From assembly GCF_009914755.1 (NCBI RefSeq), contig NC_060940.1: DNA of 64,000 nt; one strand, written 5' to 3'. Both the position numbers and the translations under genes were made by a program. Below the pieces are notes generated by a model. It was given only the letters and a program-made list of their open reading frames with translations. It had not been told where the DNA came from and did no database searches. Shown here in pieces: positions 1 through 13,909 of the stretch (the first letter of the stretch is position 1; every line of letters starts with the position of its first letter). Source of the stretch: the human T2T-CHM13v2.0 reference genome, Homo sapiens.

Positions 1-109
1 CAGTCAGATGACAAAATTGTCTTTTGCATGGAGAGGCACATCTCTTCCAGACATCGCTGACATGAGCCTCACCTCAACATTTTAGGGGAGGATTCAGAAA
101 CTAGTAGCT

Positions 110-205
110 CGTCTTTCACAGATGGGAAAATAAGCTCAGGAAGTTTAAATAACTCGATTATGACCACGTAACTATCAAATGGTCAGAGCCAAGGGTCAAA
201 CAGCA
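110..205 (-). mobile_element. MIR SINE fragment
   Basis: Diverged reverse complement of the MIR core (cacagatgggaaaataagctcagg...tcagagccaagggtcaaac). Confidence 0.6.
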
Positions 206-712
206 CAGCCTGACAGAGGGAAGGTGTAACTGACATGACTACAATACTCTATTATATATATTGAAGTTAACTGTGGGTTTTAATACAAGCACAGCCTCTG
301 AGTATGGGAGGGATCTTAACAGTCAGTAGCCAAACTCCTTGCCCAACTTGAGAAACTTACTTCAGCCTCTCTGATGTGTAAGGGAAGGGCAGAACCGGGA
401 TTAGAGACATACAAGGAAACCATTCCCCAACATGGCAAAAAGTGCCAAATAGCAAATATATTAACTCGGGTGTAATTCTTCAAAATGAGAAATTCTTAAT
501 AATCTACAATATGCCTAACACGGTGGTAAGAAAATTTAAAACTCTAATGTAGCAAGACATATAAATTGTGATAAATATCTCTGTCATTGAGGAAATGTTC
601 CATCATTCGAGGTCTCAAAGACTAAGTATTGAACCATCATATGTGGAAGGGATTTGTCTATAATATCATCTCCTGCATCTTCTGGGAAATTAGAATTTTC
701 TCAGCATGGATG

Positions 713-822
713 TAGAGTGATCATATCTTTTATTGTCCAGATTTGGACACTTTTAAGACTAAAGGATGATATGACTAAGCATCATGCCATGACCACGGCT
801 ATAAACCAGGACAGTCACCCTA
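713..822. mobile_element. MER81-like hAT-Blackjack MITE
   Basis: Termini tagagtgatcata...gtcacccta resemble the tagggtgacc TIR; internal ggacacttttaaga and taaaccaggac match the family. Confidence 0.7.
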
Positions 823-2889
823 GCTAGAAGGAACAATTAAAAATCATTCATTCACACAGAGCTCACATCAAATGCTTGATGTCTTGCTAGAGACATCTCT
901 GCTCTTCATCAATCCTTTTTGACCTCAATTTTTCATGCCATTCCTTGACAGAAAGTGTTTGGGGGGGCAGAAAGTGCAGATAAACATATATTCTGAATGA
1001 AGGTTTTACGTGGTTGCTAATTTAGTTAAAATGGCTTTTAAACATTGTCTTTGGATCATCTAAGTTGGCTACAGAACAACAGCACAGTGGGAGGTTAATC
1101 GAGATTCAGCAACCTGCGGCTAATTGTAATTTCTTTTGGTTTCCTCTCTAAATCATTTTCTTTTTTTGTCTTTGAATCCCTGTCTCCATTTATGTCAGGT
1201 TTGGCTCAGTCAAAGCTCCATCCCAGCTCTGTGGAACATCTGCCCATCTCCCTCTGAGGCCAAGAAGGATCCAGGTGGACAATGGAACAGTGGGATTTGG
1301 CTACAGTTGGGACTGCTAAATCTGTCAGTCATCCAGACTGAAGAAGAGCCTGTTAACACAGAATCCTAAAAAAAGAAGTTCATATGTGGCAAGGATTTGA
1401 GATATTCACATACAACACTCAGAAGTCTGACTGTATAACATTCTCCCACTGATTTCTCACAGAAAACCTTTCCACATCCAAATTGTTCTGTCCCCAAACT
1501 CCCTTCCACTGACAGACTGAACTCTATTTTCTTCCCCAGAACATTCTTACCGGGTGATGTTGGGGGGCTGGGTTGGGGGGCAGAAACTGTAACAACAGGG
1601 AAAAAGAAACCTAGGAAAATGAGCTCAGTAATATTGTAGCCACCTCCTCAAAGGGCAAGCTCAGCTGTTCAACAGGTGCAAGACATATTTCAGGCACTGG
1701 AAATGAGCTAAATATGGTTCCTCCAGAGACAGCCCTGCCAGAACAACGTTGGAATTTGGATCCTCCTAAAATCTAAGATGTAAGAATGGCTCATTGAAAC
1801 AAAGATAACTGAAAGCTGTGACTTGAGATTCTTCTGGAAACAATGGTTTATTGCAAAGTTTTCTATAAGAAACCAATCAGCTAGATAAACCCAGAAGTGG
1901 GTACTTTGAATAGGGTTGCACAGGATAAGTAGGAGTCTTGGAGGTAAGAATGAAGATTGAAAAGAGTGGAACACCAATCAGGAAAGGGCATGAGTGAGTA
2001 TATGAGAACAAATTTATGCAAAGTCTCTGCCATTTTGAAGGAACATAAAAAATTTGGGGAGTTTCTAGAATACCAGGTGGGTGGCTAAAGATGGGACAGG
2101 AAACCAAAGAATCATAGTTTAGCAATCTTTCCCCTATGCTGCCTAGAGCCCACGAATTCCAGCAGAGATATTTTAGGGTCCCCCTTGGGGAGGAGTAAGA
2201 TTGAGTGTCAGGACAGAGTTGTCATTCTCCAGCCCGACTTCGTCCCATACATTTCTGAGCTCCAGGTAAGATTTCATTTAAATAAGTATCAAGCACTAAA
2301 AATGTGGTGACCAAAGATTCTAGTTTAATACTTGACAGACCTAAACCCGGGAATGAACAAACTTGCAAGGTCAAACACAAGAGTAGTAAGACAACCAAAA
2401 TAGCAATCAGATCCCCTGGCTCTAGTCCAGTACTTTTTCCATTATACAATTTGATGTGAGGATCTTCCCAGAATCAAATGAGAAAGTGAAAGAAGCCAAA
2501 AAAAATAGAGGCTTAGCTTTTTCCATTATTGGCCAAGAGAACTTTGGTCCCAGACATGACACGCACACGTGCGTGTGCACACACAGACACACACACATCA
2601 CCTGGGGAAACCTGTCACACTAAGCCCCAGAGCTGTGTTGTACCTGGGCTTTGTCCTACCTGACACAAGTGTCTTACAGGCAGCATAAGCAAAGAATTGT
2701 TCTGACCTGTATCATCAACATTGGATGGAGAAAATATTAATGGTTATCTAAAACACCCCACTTAATTTCCTGGGCCTCTCAAGATAGGTACATCCACAAC
2801 AGAATCTTCAGTTTTGCTGAGCGGGGTGATAGAAAAACTATCAGCTGAAGTTTCATCACGTGAAGATAGATTCATAAGTTGCTTCAAAT

Positions 2890-3111
2890 CAGGAGTCAAC
2901 AAATTACAACCCAAAGGCCAAACCCTGTCCATTTCTTGTTTTTGTAAATAGTTTTATTAGAACACAGCCACACCCATTCATTTGCTTATTGTCTACAGCT
3001 GCTTTCTTGTTACAAGAGCAGAGTTGAATAGCTGTGACAGAGAACATAGAGCCCCAAAAGCCTAAAGTATTTGCTACCTGGCCATTTTCAGAAAAAGCTT
3101 GATGATCCCTT
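2890..3111. mobile_element. MER58A hAT-Charlie DNA transposon fossil
   Basis: Full-length similarity (ttttgtaaatagttttattagaacacagccac...tggccattttcagaaaaagcttg); degenerate 8-bp TSD cttcaaat/ctctaaat. Confidence 0.85.
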
Positions 3112-3685
3112 CTCTAAATAAAGGTCTACAGAAATTGGAAGAGCCCAAGAGAGGGGAGGAAGCTGAAAGAAGATAGCCTGAGAGGGGAAGAAGAAGATAT
3201 TTGATGGAAAGAGAGTGAAATAGGACTGCAGTGATTTGACAGTGGCATGAAGAGAAACTTTGGAAAATCAGGTGTTTAACATGGATTTTTATAGTTTTGC
3301 TCTGTAGCATGCAATTCAGTGTATTCCCTTGGTCACCCTGAGAAGAAGTCTTCCATTATTTTTTTAAAACTTCCATCCCTTATTAAAAATTTCGGATTAT
3401 ATTTGTGATTTTTACTAATGCCAAGTTCATAAGATTTGCCTACAGACAGGAGGTACTGGACAAATGCAGGGATGACTGAAAGAGGTCCAGTTATGTTTGG
3501 GTTTGAAGAAAACTTCCAAGGTTTTGGCATAGTAAATCGGGGTCAATTTTTTTTTTAAAGGAAACTTTCAAGAAAGGCCTAATGGTAAATGTGGAGAAAT
3601 TGAGACTTTCTCCTTCTTTTCTATGCTACTCTAGCCTAGCCATGAGATGACAGAAGATGAGACAGAAATCTAGAAAGCTCAATGC

Positions 3686-3870
3686 AATAATAACAATAAC
3701 TACCATTTGAGCACTGGAAATGTTATCATTACCTCTTATTCATTACCTCATTGAGCCTCCAAGAGAACCTTAGCAGAAGGCACTATTATTAGCCCCGCTT
3801 TACAGATAAAAAACTGAGGCTCAACAAAAGCAAGTGGCAGCTCATAGTGCCAAAGTGGAGATGTAAACGT
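3686..3870 (-). mobile_element. MIR SINE
   Basis: Core ctttacagataaaaaactgaggctca. Confidence 0.7.
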
Positions 3871-4547
3871 GGCTCCAGAGAATATCCTCATGGTTTTGCC
3901 TCCTTCTCCATCTTCAGAGAGTTCCAAGCCACAAGTTGACCCAGAGGTGCTAGCCACATGCCCACGGCATTATCAAAGCCTAATGGGCCCTCAAAGACCA
4001 CCTCCTGAGATGTCCTAAGACCTGGAGGAGATCCCAGCTCAATCTCATATCCCTCATGTCCTATTGTCTTCCTCCCTTTCCAGTGAATTCCTTCTGTTTT
4101 CTTCACCCCACCCTCATTCTCTTGCCATTCACTTCTTTAATTCCTACTCCCTTTCTATGGCATTGTCTTCATTTATTCACTCCCTGGAACTTGCTTTCAA
4201 GAACACTTACAATACAGCACGATCGCCAAACCTCAGGAGTCTATGAGAAAAGTATGCTTCTAAGGGAAAACAAAGGATCCCACTGAGTCTCATGTAATTC
4301 AAAGAGGCTGATCAAACACATATTTTGAGTTTCCTAGTAGCCAGCCCGAAGAGGAAATCTATGTCCACATAATTTAAGTGATTTATTTTTCCAGGAGAGG
4401 CGCAATTATTCTTCATTCTAAAATAAAGTTCATTCTCCCAAGAGTTCTTCTTGAAAATACCATGAGAGAATACCATGATATACAGGCAATGTGACATTCA
4501 GCAACATTTTAGATCAAAGTCTCTGAAAATTCTCACAGGGCTCATCC

Positions 4548-4690
4548 TTATTTATTCAACATGTTCAGCAAAATTTATACAACATTTAACAAATATCTAC
4601 TGAGGGCCTACTGTGAGCCAGGTACTGTTCTAAGCATACAGGACACATTGATAAACAATACAGGCATTGACCTTGCACCCCTAAGGTGGA
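4548..4690 (-). mobile_element. L2 3' end
   Basis: aacaaatatctactgagggcctactgtgagccaggtactgttcta is the reverse complement of the L2 terminus. Confidence 0.75.
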
Positions 4691-4749
4691 TGGTGATACA
4701 GTCAGATGACATCAAACCCTGCACCTAGGAAATGCATTCAAACTAGCTG

Positions 4750-5083
4750 GTCCCCAAACAGGAATAGGTTCAGAGACACTGGCATCGCTGCATGGTCAAA
4801 GAAGACTGATTGACAGAAAAAGGAAAGTGACTGCAGAAAACAGAAGTGCAGTCAACAAGCAGCTGGATTTGTTACAGCTGGCATTTGCTTTATCTGAACA
4901 GGATTTGAACAGTTGGCCACCTTTGACTGGCCGAAACTCAAGAGTTTTGTACTCTAGGTACCAAGAGTAGGTTACAGCCTGTTTCCATATCCATTTACGT
5001 TACAGTTCCCTATGTATGGAGAAATCTTTAGGCCTGACTTAAAATATGTAAGGAGGCAGCTTTAGGCTAAACTTAATTCAACA
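4750..5083 (-). mobile_element. MER57-family ERV1 LTR, truncated at its 3' end
   Basis: Reverse complement begins tgttgaattaagtttagcctaaagctgcctccttacatattttaag, the MER57 5' end. Confidence 0.85.
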
Positions 5084-5451
5084 GGGGTAAATGTCACTCC
5101 CCAGATGTATAGCTTTTAGATCTAATGATGTTTGGAGTGAGGTGCTAGAAAGAAGTCACTGGGCTAAGGGTGGCTTGCAGACTCAATTTTTAAATATACA
5201 CAAATATGTGTCAGTATATATACACTGTGATATATACATACAAATATACATAATATATGCATATATCAAAAATCTGTTCCCTCCCTGTGGCCTTTCCCCA
5301 GGCTTCTTACACATCTAAAGCTGGCTGACCTCTGCAGGTTTCTGAGTGCTGCCTTAGGGGAATGAATGGGTGGATGGACCATAACCTTCAAGCAATTCCC
5401 TTCCAGAATGTAATATATTCTTGAACCTTGATCATGTTATATAAAGAATAT

Positions 5452-5815
<364 letters not shown>

Positions 5816-5917
5816 AAGAATATTTTTTAAAGAATCAAATTGCTCCTCGCCCACTCTGAAACAGATACCAAGCGCTGGCAAATACCTAACAGAGATTTTT
5901 CCCCCAAATCTGAGATT

Positions 5918-5948
<31 letters not shown>

Positions 5949-5950
5949 GA
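5918..5950. repeat. poly(A) followed by (GA)n
   Basis: Directly visible. Confidence 0.9.
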
Positions 5951-6789
5951 GGCCTTTTCTGGAATTTCAAGGTTTCAAAACAAAGTAGGGGACCAGTCCT
6001 CAGTAATCTCCCTTTAGATCTAAGACTTTGATTTTCTTCAATTCTCAGGGAGATCAAATGAAATTCATCCCAGCAGGCAAACCCCAGAAATTCCACAAGC
6101 AACTGCATCACCGAGGGATGGACATTTCATCAAATGAACAATACCCTGGAGACTTCAGGCTTCTCAGTTTTCAAGCTGTCGATTCCTAACTTGGAAAAAG
6201 GGATGCGGGAGCTGAAAGCTGAGAACCTATAGAAGAGATAAAAGTTCAACATGATCCTATGGGAAGAGACTTAACTTTAGTCAGCCAGAGAATGTAAAAA
6301 AGAAGGAAAAGAAAGGAAGAAACAAACCTCACAAAGCACACACATTCCAAATGTGCCTGCACAGGAAACGATGTAAGATCATCTTCGTGTGTGGAGCCAT
6401 GTTGTACCTGCTTTAAGTGTCTAGTACATCTAGAGCTTTTATAAAAGGTGTCCTATGAGAGGAACTGCAATTTCCGTATCTCCAGCTGTATGCACATCTA
6501 ATTATGTGTTACGACTCTCGGCTCTGATAGCAATTAGGATATAAGTTGTACTTCTCACCACACCCAAATGCGATCCTTACCAAAAAGGAAAGGAGAACTT
6601 GGAGAACTTGCAACAGAGAATTCTTCTTCTGTTGGGTCAGAGTCCAAAGTGAGCACCATCTCTGCAGAGGAGCAGAGTCAGGGTGCTGCAAGCCACCATT
6701 CCCTGGGGATGGAATAGGAGGAAAGCAGGGAGAAGGGAGAGATTATTATTAACAGAGCATCAGCTCTGTGCCAGACACTATTTGTACGC

Positions 6790-7305
6790 ATTGTCTTTGC
6801 AAATAACAAATTATTCCAAAATTTAACAGCTTGATAACATTTATTTTTCAGCTTCTGAGGTCAGGAAACCAAGCATGGCCTAGCTGGGTGCTCTGGCTCG
6901 AGGACTCTCACAAGGCTGCAATCAAGGTATACTGGCAGGAGCTGAATGCATTGCAAGGCTCAACTGGGGGAAGATCTGCTTCCAAGTTCACAAACATGGC
7001 TATTGGCAGGCCTCCAGTCCTTGCTGGCTGTTGGCTGGAGACATCCTTTCCTTGCCATATGAGCCTCTTCAGAGGGCAGCTCTTGACAGAGCAGCTGGCT
7101 TCCTTCAGAGCAAGTGAGGGAGAGAGCAAGAGAGGGCACTCAAGATAGAAGCCACAGTTTTTCATAGCCTAATCCTGGAAGTGACACCTCATCACCATTG
7201 CTGTATTATCCTCATTAGAGGCAAGTCCCTAGGTCCAGTCCAGGCTTAGGAAGAGGGGGTCGCACAAGGGTACCAACAGCGGAAGGCAGGGATCATTGAG
7301 GACCT
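6790..7305 (-). mobile_element. MLT1F-type ERVL-MaLR LTR inserted into a MIR
   Basis: gggggaagatctgcttccaagttcac and cagctggcttccttcagagcaagtga; MIR-like sequence on both sides (about 6745-6790 and 7320-7455). Confidence 0.8.
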
Positions 7306-7829
7306 TTTTAAATGGTTTTTACATATGTTTATTGAAAACAAGATGTTGTAGAGAGGATTTTTTTCCTAATTGTGCAGACTGTATAGCTGAGTCCATGAAA
7401 GTGTGAGTAAACTAAAGACAACTTTATAGCTTTATGGTAGAGCCGGGATCCTAACTGAAGAACCCATATGCTTTCTGCAGCATCACACAATAGGGAAAGG
7501 AAACTACAGAGACTTTTCTCTTCCTTAGCAGTTTCTTGCTCCTCTTGGAGAAAACCAATATTTTAAAAGGGCAAATTAATGCCTCATGTGGCACAATAGT
7601 GTCCCACAAATTTGTTTTGTTTGCTGCAGAAAGGCTTTTAATATATTTTGCATGGAACTCTAATAAGTTAAACATTAAAAAGCATATTTGCTCTAGTGCA
7701 AACAGCATATAGGGTGGGCTGGGATAAGAGTATACACTCAATTTCTCTCTCTTACTCTTTGAGGCCCGAGGCTCTGGGAAGTTGGTTTGAAAATTTACAA
7801 GGACAGTAGAAACTATGGTAAAATCTACA

Positions 7830-7945
7830 AGTACAGAGGTTTTAGAGTCAGAAAACCATCACCTACCAGCTGAGAGGTGTTAAGCAAATTACTTCTCCAA
7901 ACTGAACCTTCCTTTCCTCGTCTGGAATAGTTGAATAATGGTAAT
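7830..7945 (+). mobile_element. MIR SINE fragment
   Basis: ttttagagtcaga...ttaagcaaattactt...aataatggta. Confidence 0.55.
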
Positions 7946-8925
7946 TTTTATTCCACTGGGATAAAGATGCCAGCGATAGCCCTGGGTAGTGCTAGTTAAT
8001 GCTAATTAACAAATGCTAGTTAGTATTGTTAAACTGAAGCATTACTAAATACCAAGATATTATCAGACTTGTCTCCTAGAAAGAGGGGAAAAAGGCAAGA
8101 GCCTCAGATACCAAATAAGATTGATGCTGTGAAACACGAAATTCATGAAATGAAAGTTAAATGTGACACAAAGAATGAGTGGGATGTTTACTTTTGGCCA
8201 TGAAGGGATAACTGATATCAGAGTTTTCTTCCTATATTAAATAACTAGAATACTGGACAAAATACATGAGATAACTGATTTCAGTTGTAGGGAACAGTCA
8301 GTGCAAGTCTGCTATGAGATGAGGCCCATGTTGGTTCTGACTTTCTGCCTGGGTGATTCATTATGGCCTGATACCTCCATGGGAAGAGGCAACAAAAACT
8401 GGACTTGAAAGAGGTTGAGGTGGCCGCAATTTGTAGGGCATGGTACTAGAAAGAAGGTGTCTAAGGGGAGAAACTCCAGAAATGTACATAGGAGTTCTCT
8501 TGAATCTTTTGTTGAATTCTAAGCTCTGAATGCACAAGGCAAGACTCCAGGAGACAAAGGACAGCTAGTAGGGGAAAGAAACTACTGAGGAACTGTGATC
8601 TGAATTGCCTGTGCTCACATAGGCTGAGAGGCTCCAGCTAGTGAGAATCAAAGGAGATAGTTCAACACCCCAGGCATCTGGTAGAGACAGTAAAAGGGCC
8701 ATGCCTTAGACATAGAGCTAAGCTAGTCCTAGAACCACCCACACAGAGCTATTTTAAAAATCCTTGAATGAATTAAGAGATCCACAAGTAAATGTTACTT
8801 TCTGCTGGAACAAAACAGAACCAAACTGTGGAATGAAGAAGACATCAAAATCTCAACAACTAAGAACAGAGCATCCACAAAGTTCAGCACACAATTTAAC
8901 AAAAACAAAAGCCTTACTAGACATG

Positions 8926-9353
8926 TGTGTTAGTCCATTCTTGCATTGCTGTAAAGAAATACCTGACACTGGGTAATTTATAAGGAAAAGAGGTTTAATG
9001 AGCTCACAGTTCTGCCAGCTTTACAGAAAGCACAGTGCTGGCATCTGCTCGGCTTCTAGGGAGGCCTCAGGAAGCTTAAGATCATGGTGCAAGGCAAAGA
9101 CAGAGCAGGCACATCACATGGCCAGAGCAGAAGCAACAGAAGGTAAGAGGGAGGAGAAGCTACACACTTTTAAACAAACAGATCTTGTGTGAATTCAGAA
9201 CAACAGCTCACTTACCACCAAGGATATGGCCCAAGCCATTTATAAAGGATCTGCCGTCATGATCCAAACACCTCCCACCAGGTCCCACCTCCAGCACTGG
9301 GGATTATAATTCAACATGAGATTTGAGTGGGGACGAATATCCAAACTATATCA
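8926..9353 (-). mobile_element. MSTA-type MaLR solo LTR
   Basis: tgtgttagtcc...aaactatatca; perfect 5-bp TSD ACATG. Confidence 0.92.
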
Positions 9354-9556
9354 ACATGCACAGTAGATAAAATGAGATGCATATCTGTATCTATTGAAAA
9401 AAATCAGTCAATAGATACAGACTCAGAAGGGTCAGAGAGGATAGAATTAAGAGACAAGAACTTAAAACAGCTGGTATTTCAAAGACTTAAAGAAAATAAG
9501 AATATAAAGAGGGAACAAATAGAAATTCTCAATTGAGAAATGAAGACTATAAAAAT

Positions 9557-10332
9557 AACTACACTTATTAGAATGGCTAAAATTCAAAACAATGGCAATA
9601 CCAAATATTGATCAGGATGTGAAGCAGCAGGAACTCTCATTCATTGCTGGTGGGAATGCAAAATGGTACAGTCACTTTGGAAGATAGTTGGACAGTTTCT
9701 TACATAGCTGAACATAGGCTTATCATACCATCCAGCAATCATGCTCCTAAGTACTTTCTCAAATGAAATGAAAACGTATGCCCACACAAAAACCTGCACA
9801 TGAATGTTTATAGAAGCTTTATTCATAATTGACAAATATTGGACTTAGCCAAGATATATTTCAATATATAAACAAACTATGCTACATTCCCACAATGGAA
9901 TATTACTTAGCAATTAAGAAGAAATCAGCTATTAACCCACAAAAAGACATGAAGAAATCTTAAGTGTATATTTCTAAGTGAAAAGAAGCCAGTCTGAAAA
10001 GACTAAATACTGTATGTTTTCAATGACATGATGTTCTGGAAAAGGCAAAACTAGAGACAGAGTAAAAATATCACTGGTTACCAGGGGTTTGAGGGAGTGG
10101 AAAAAAGAAGGGATGAATATGAGGGGGCTGTGGATTTTAGGTCCAGTGAAACTATTCTATATGATACTGTAATACGGACACATGACATTAGGCATGTGTC
10201 AAAACTCATCAAACTATACAGTAGAGAAAACTGCATGAGAGAGAGATGAGACAGGGTATATGGGAACTCTGCATTTTTTGTGCAATTCTGTTAATTTTAA
10301 AATGCTTTAAAAATAAATCTATTAATTTAAAA
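9557..10332 (+). mobile_element. L1MC1/2-type 3' fragment nested in the ORF1 of the older L1
   Basis: cacacaaaaacctgcacatgaatgtttatag, ttctggaaaaggcaaaactag and an A-rich end; host ORF1 resumes at 10333. Confidence 0.8.
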
Positions 10333-11225
10333 AGAGCCAAATGAAGTTTCTAAAACTGAAAAATAGACTATCTGACACTTAAAAATCCACGGAATGAGCT
10401 AAGTTGCAGATTAGACCTTACAAAAGAAATCAGTAGCTTTGTAGATACAAAAAAAAAAGCATCTGGATAGGAACACAGAGGGATAAAAAGGCTAAATAAA
10501 ATGAACAATCTCAACTATGAGACAGTATCAAGTAGCGTAATACACATGAAATTAGAGTCTCAAAATGAAGGGACAAAGATTGTGGTAGAAAAAGAATATT
10601 CACTGATGACTGAAAATTTTCCAAATTTGCCAACAAATATCAACTTGCAGATTCAAGAAGTTCTATGCACCTCAAAAATAATAAAGAAAACTACACTGAG
10701 ACTTATAACAAAATTCTGAGAAACCAAAGTTTAAAATCTTAAATACAGTCAGAGAAAAGACATCTACAGAAAAAAAAAGTGAAAAAAAAAATCACCACTG
10801 ACTTTTCACCAGAAATAATGCAATCCAAAAAATATTAGAACACCTCTAAAAGGCTAAAATAAGATTGTTATTCTAAAATTCTGTATCCAGAAAAAAATAC
10901 CCTTCAAAATGATGGCAAATTTAGAAATTCTTAGACAAACCCGAAAAAAATTTATAGCTAAAAAGCCGACATTATAAAAAATGTTGAAGGAAGTTCTTCA
11001 GGGAATAGGAAAATGTGTAAATCTGAATTTCTATCTTGTATCAAAGGGATGATGCATACCACACACAGAAAACAGATGGGTAAACATAAAAGACTTTTTC
11101 TGTCATTTCTTCATTTTTTTAAAGATGATTAAATATTTAAAGCAAAATAGTGACAATATATTTTGGGATTATAACATCTGTAGAAGTAAAATGCAAGAAT
11201 ATAACAGCACAAAGGCATAGAATAA

Positions 11226-11543
<318 letters not shown>

Positions 11544-12668
11544 TATATGCTTCTTATATTAAATGTGAAGTGGTATAATATTACTTAAAGGTACATTGTT
11601 GTAAGTTAAGGATGTATCGTGTAAAACTTAGTCTAGAGATTTATCTGCTACGTCAATAGAGGAGATACAATGAATAGATTGCTGGAAAATGTTCAATTAA
11701 TCCAAAAAGAGGCAGAAAAACAAAAAAGAACAAAGTCATAAATCCAACTACATCAATAATTAAATTAAAAATGTCTTGATAGGAAGATCTATGCATTTTG
11801 CTGTATTTAAGTTAAACCTCAGTTTTATAAACTCTATTTGTAGATTTATCCCAGGAATGCAGTTTAGTTCAATACTCAAATATTAATTAATGATATTTGA
11901 CACATTAATAGAAGGAGGAGGGGAACTATGATAATCTCAACAGGTAGAGAAAACGCATTTGACAAATTCAACATCTATTCATGGTTTGGGGGGGAAATGC
12001 ACAAACTAGGAAGAGAGTTAACTTCCTTACACTTACTAAATATTATCTATGAAAAAGGTACAACTAATATTCTACTTAATGCTTTCCTACTTAGACTGGG
12101 AAAAGGGCTGGGATGTCTACTCTTCTATTGCCACTTCTATTTAGAATTGAACTGGAGGCTCTAGGCAGTTTAATAAGAAAAGAAAAAGAAATGAAGTGCA
12201 CAGAGAATGAATTTAAAGTAGTGATACTGCCTTTATTTGCCAACAACATCATAGTCTACAGAGCAAATTCTAATAAATCTAAAACAAACTGCAGCACTAG
12301 TAAGTGAATGTATCAGTGTTGTAGAATACATAGACCTAACTATAAAAGCTAAAACTATAAAACTTTTAGGGAAAAAAAACTAAAATATTTTAGGAGAATT
12401 TTTTTTGAATATTTTTTGTGAATCTGCCCTAAATAATGTTGCTTATGATACAGAAAGACATAACCATAAAAAATTAGTTGAATTTATCAATTTTTTTAAT
12501 GGCTTATGCTTATCAAAAGACACTGTTAAGAAAATAGGTAAGCCATAGATACGGAAAACTATTCATAACACACCCCTGACAAAAGATATGTAGAAGTTAG
12601 GTAATGTTCTACATATATATGCATATATACATTATATGGAAAAGACAGATGTTTTCTAAGTATATATG

Positions 12669-13032
12669 TGTATTAGTCCATTTTCATACCACTGCAAAGA
12701 ATACCTGAGACTGGGAAATTTATAAAGAAGAGGTTTAATTGACTCACAGTTCCACATGGCTGGGGAGACCTCGGGAAATTTACAATCATGGCAGAAGGCA
12801 AAGGAGAAGCAAGTACCTTCTAAACAAGGTGGTGAGAAAGAGACAGTGAGGGGGGAACTGCCACACTTTTAAACCATCAGATGTCCAGAGACATCCCTCA
12901 CTATCACAAGAACTGCATAGGGGAAATCCGCCCCCATGATCCAATCACCTCCCACCAGGTGCCTCCCCCTGACATGTGGGGATTACAATTCAACATGAGA
13001 TTTCGGTGGGGACACAGAGCCAAACCATATTA
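12669..13032 (-). mobile_element. THE1D-type MaLR solo LTR
   Basis: tgtattagtcc...ggggacacagagccaaaccatatta; TSD atatg/atata. Confidence 0.9.
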
Positions 13033-13909
13033 ATATATATCTCTACACGATATATATGTAATAGATACATAATACATATATACATACATATATAATCTTC
13101 TGCAATCAAATAATAAAAACAAATACAATAAAGCTAATAAAGAACAGGCAAAAGATTTGAACAGACATTTACAAAAGAAAGCATACATGTTTAAAACTTT
13201 GCTCAACAACTTTAGTCACCAAGGAATAGCAAATTAAAACTACAATGACACACCCATAGGATGGCTAAAATGAACCCCCAAAATTTGTGAAGATGTGAAA
13301 CATTCAAAACTCTTGTGCCTTGCTAGTAATTGTAAAATATCATAACCACTCAGGAAAAAGTTCTGGTAGTTTCTTTAAAAGTTTAACATATATTTAGTCC
13401 ACAACCAGCAATTCCACACCAAGGTATTCGCCTACAAAAAATGAAAGCAAATATCCACAAAAAAAGCATTACATATCCATAGAAGCTTTATTCACAACAA
13501 CCAAAAACTGGCAGCAGCCCAGGTGCCCATCAGAGATGAAAGGAAAAACAAACTATGGAATATTCATACAATGGAATAATACTCAGCAATGAAAATGAAC
13601 AAACCACTGACAAGACAAAAATATGATGCTAAGCAAAAGCCATTCCCACAAGAGTACACACTTCTTGGTGCCCTTTACAGGAATTTCTAGAACAGGAAAC
13701 TAAACTACTGTTCTGATTTCTATCACTGAAGATATTTTTGTGGAGGTGGAGGGATGACTAGAAAGACACACAAGGAAGCTTTTGGGTTAGTGAAATGCCT
13801 TGATAGGAGTGTTGTTTACATGAGTACGTATGCCTGTCAAACAGGTTGACCTATACACTTAAGATCTGTGTATTTCACTGGATTTGAGTTAAACCACAGT
13901 TTTGCAAAA

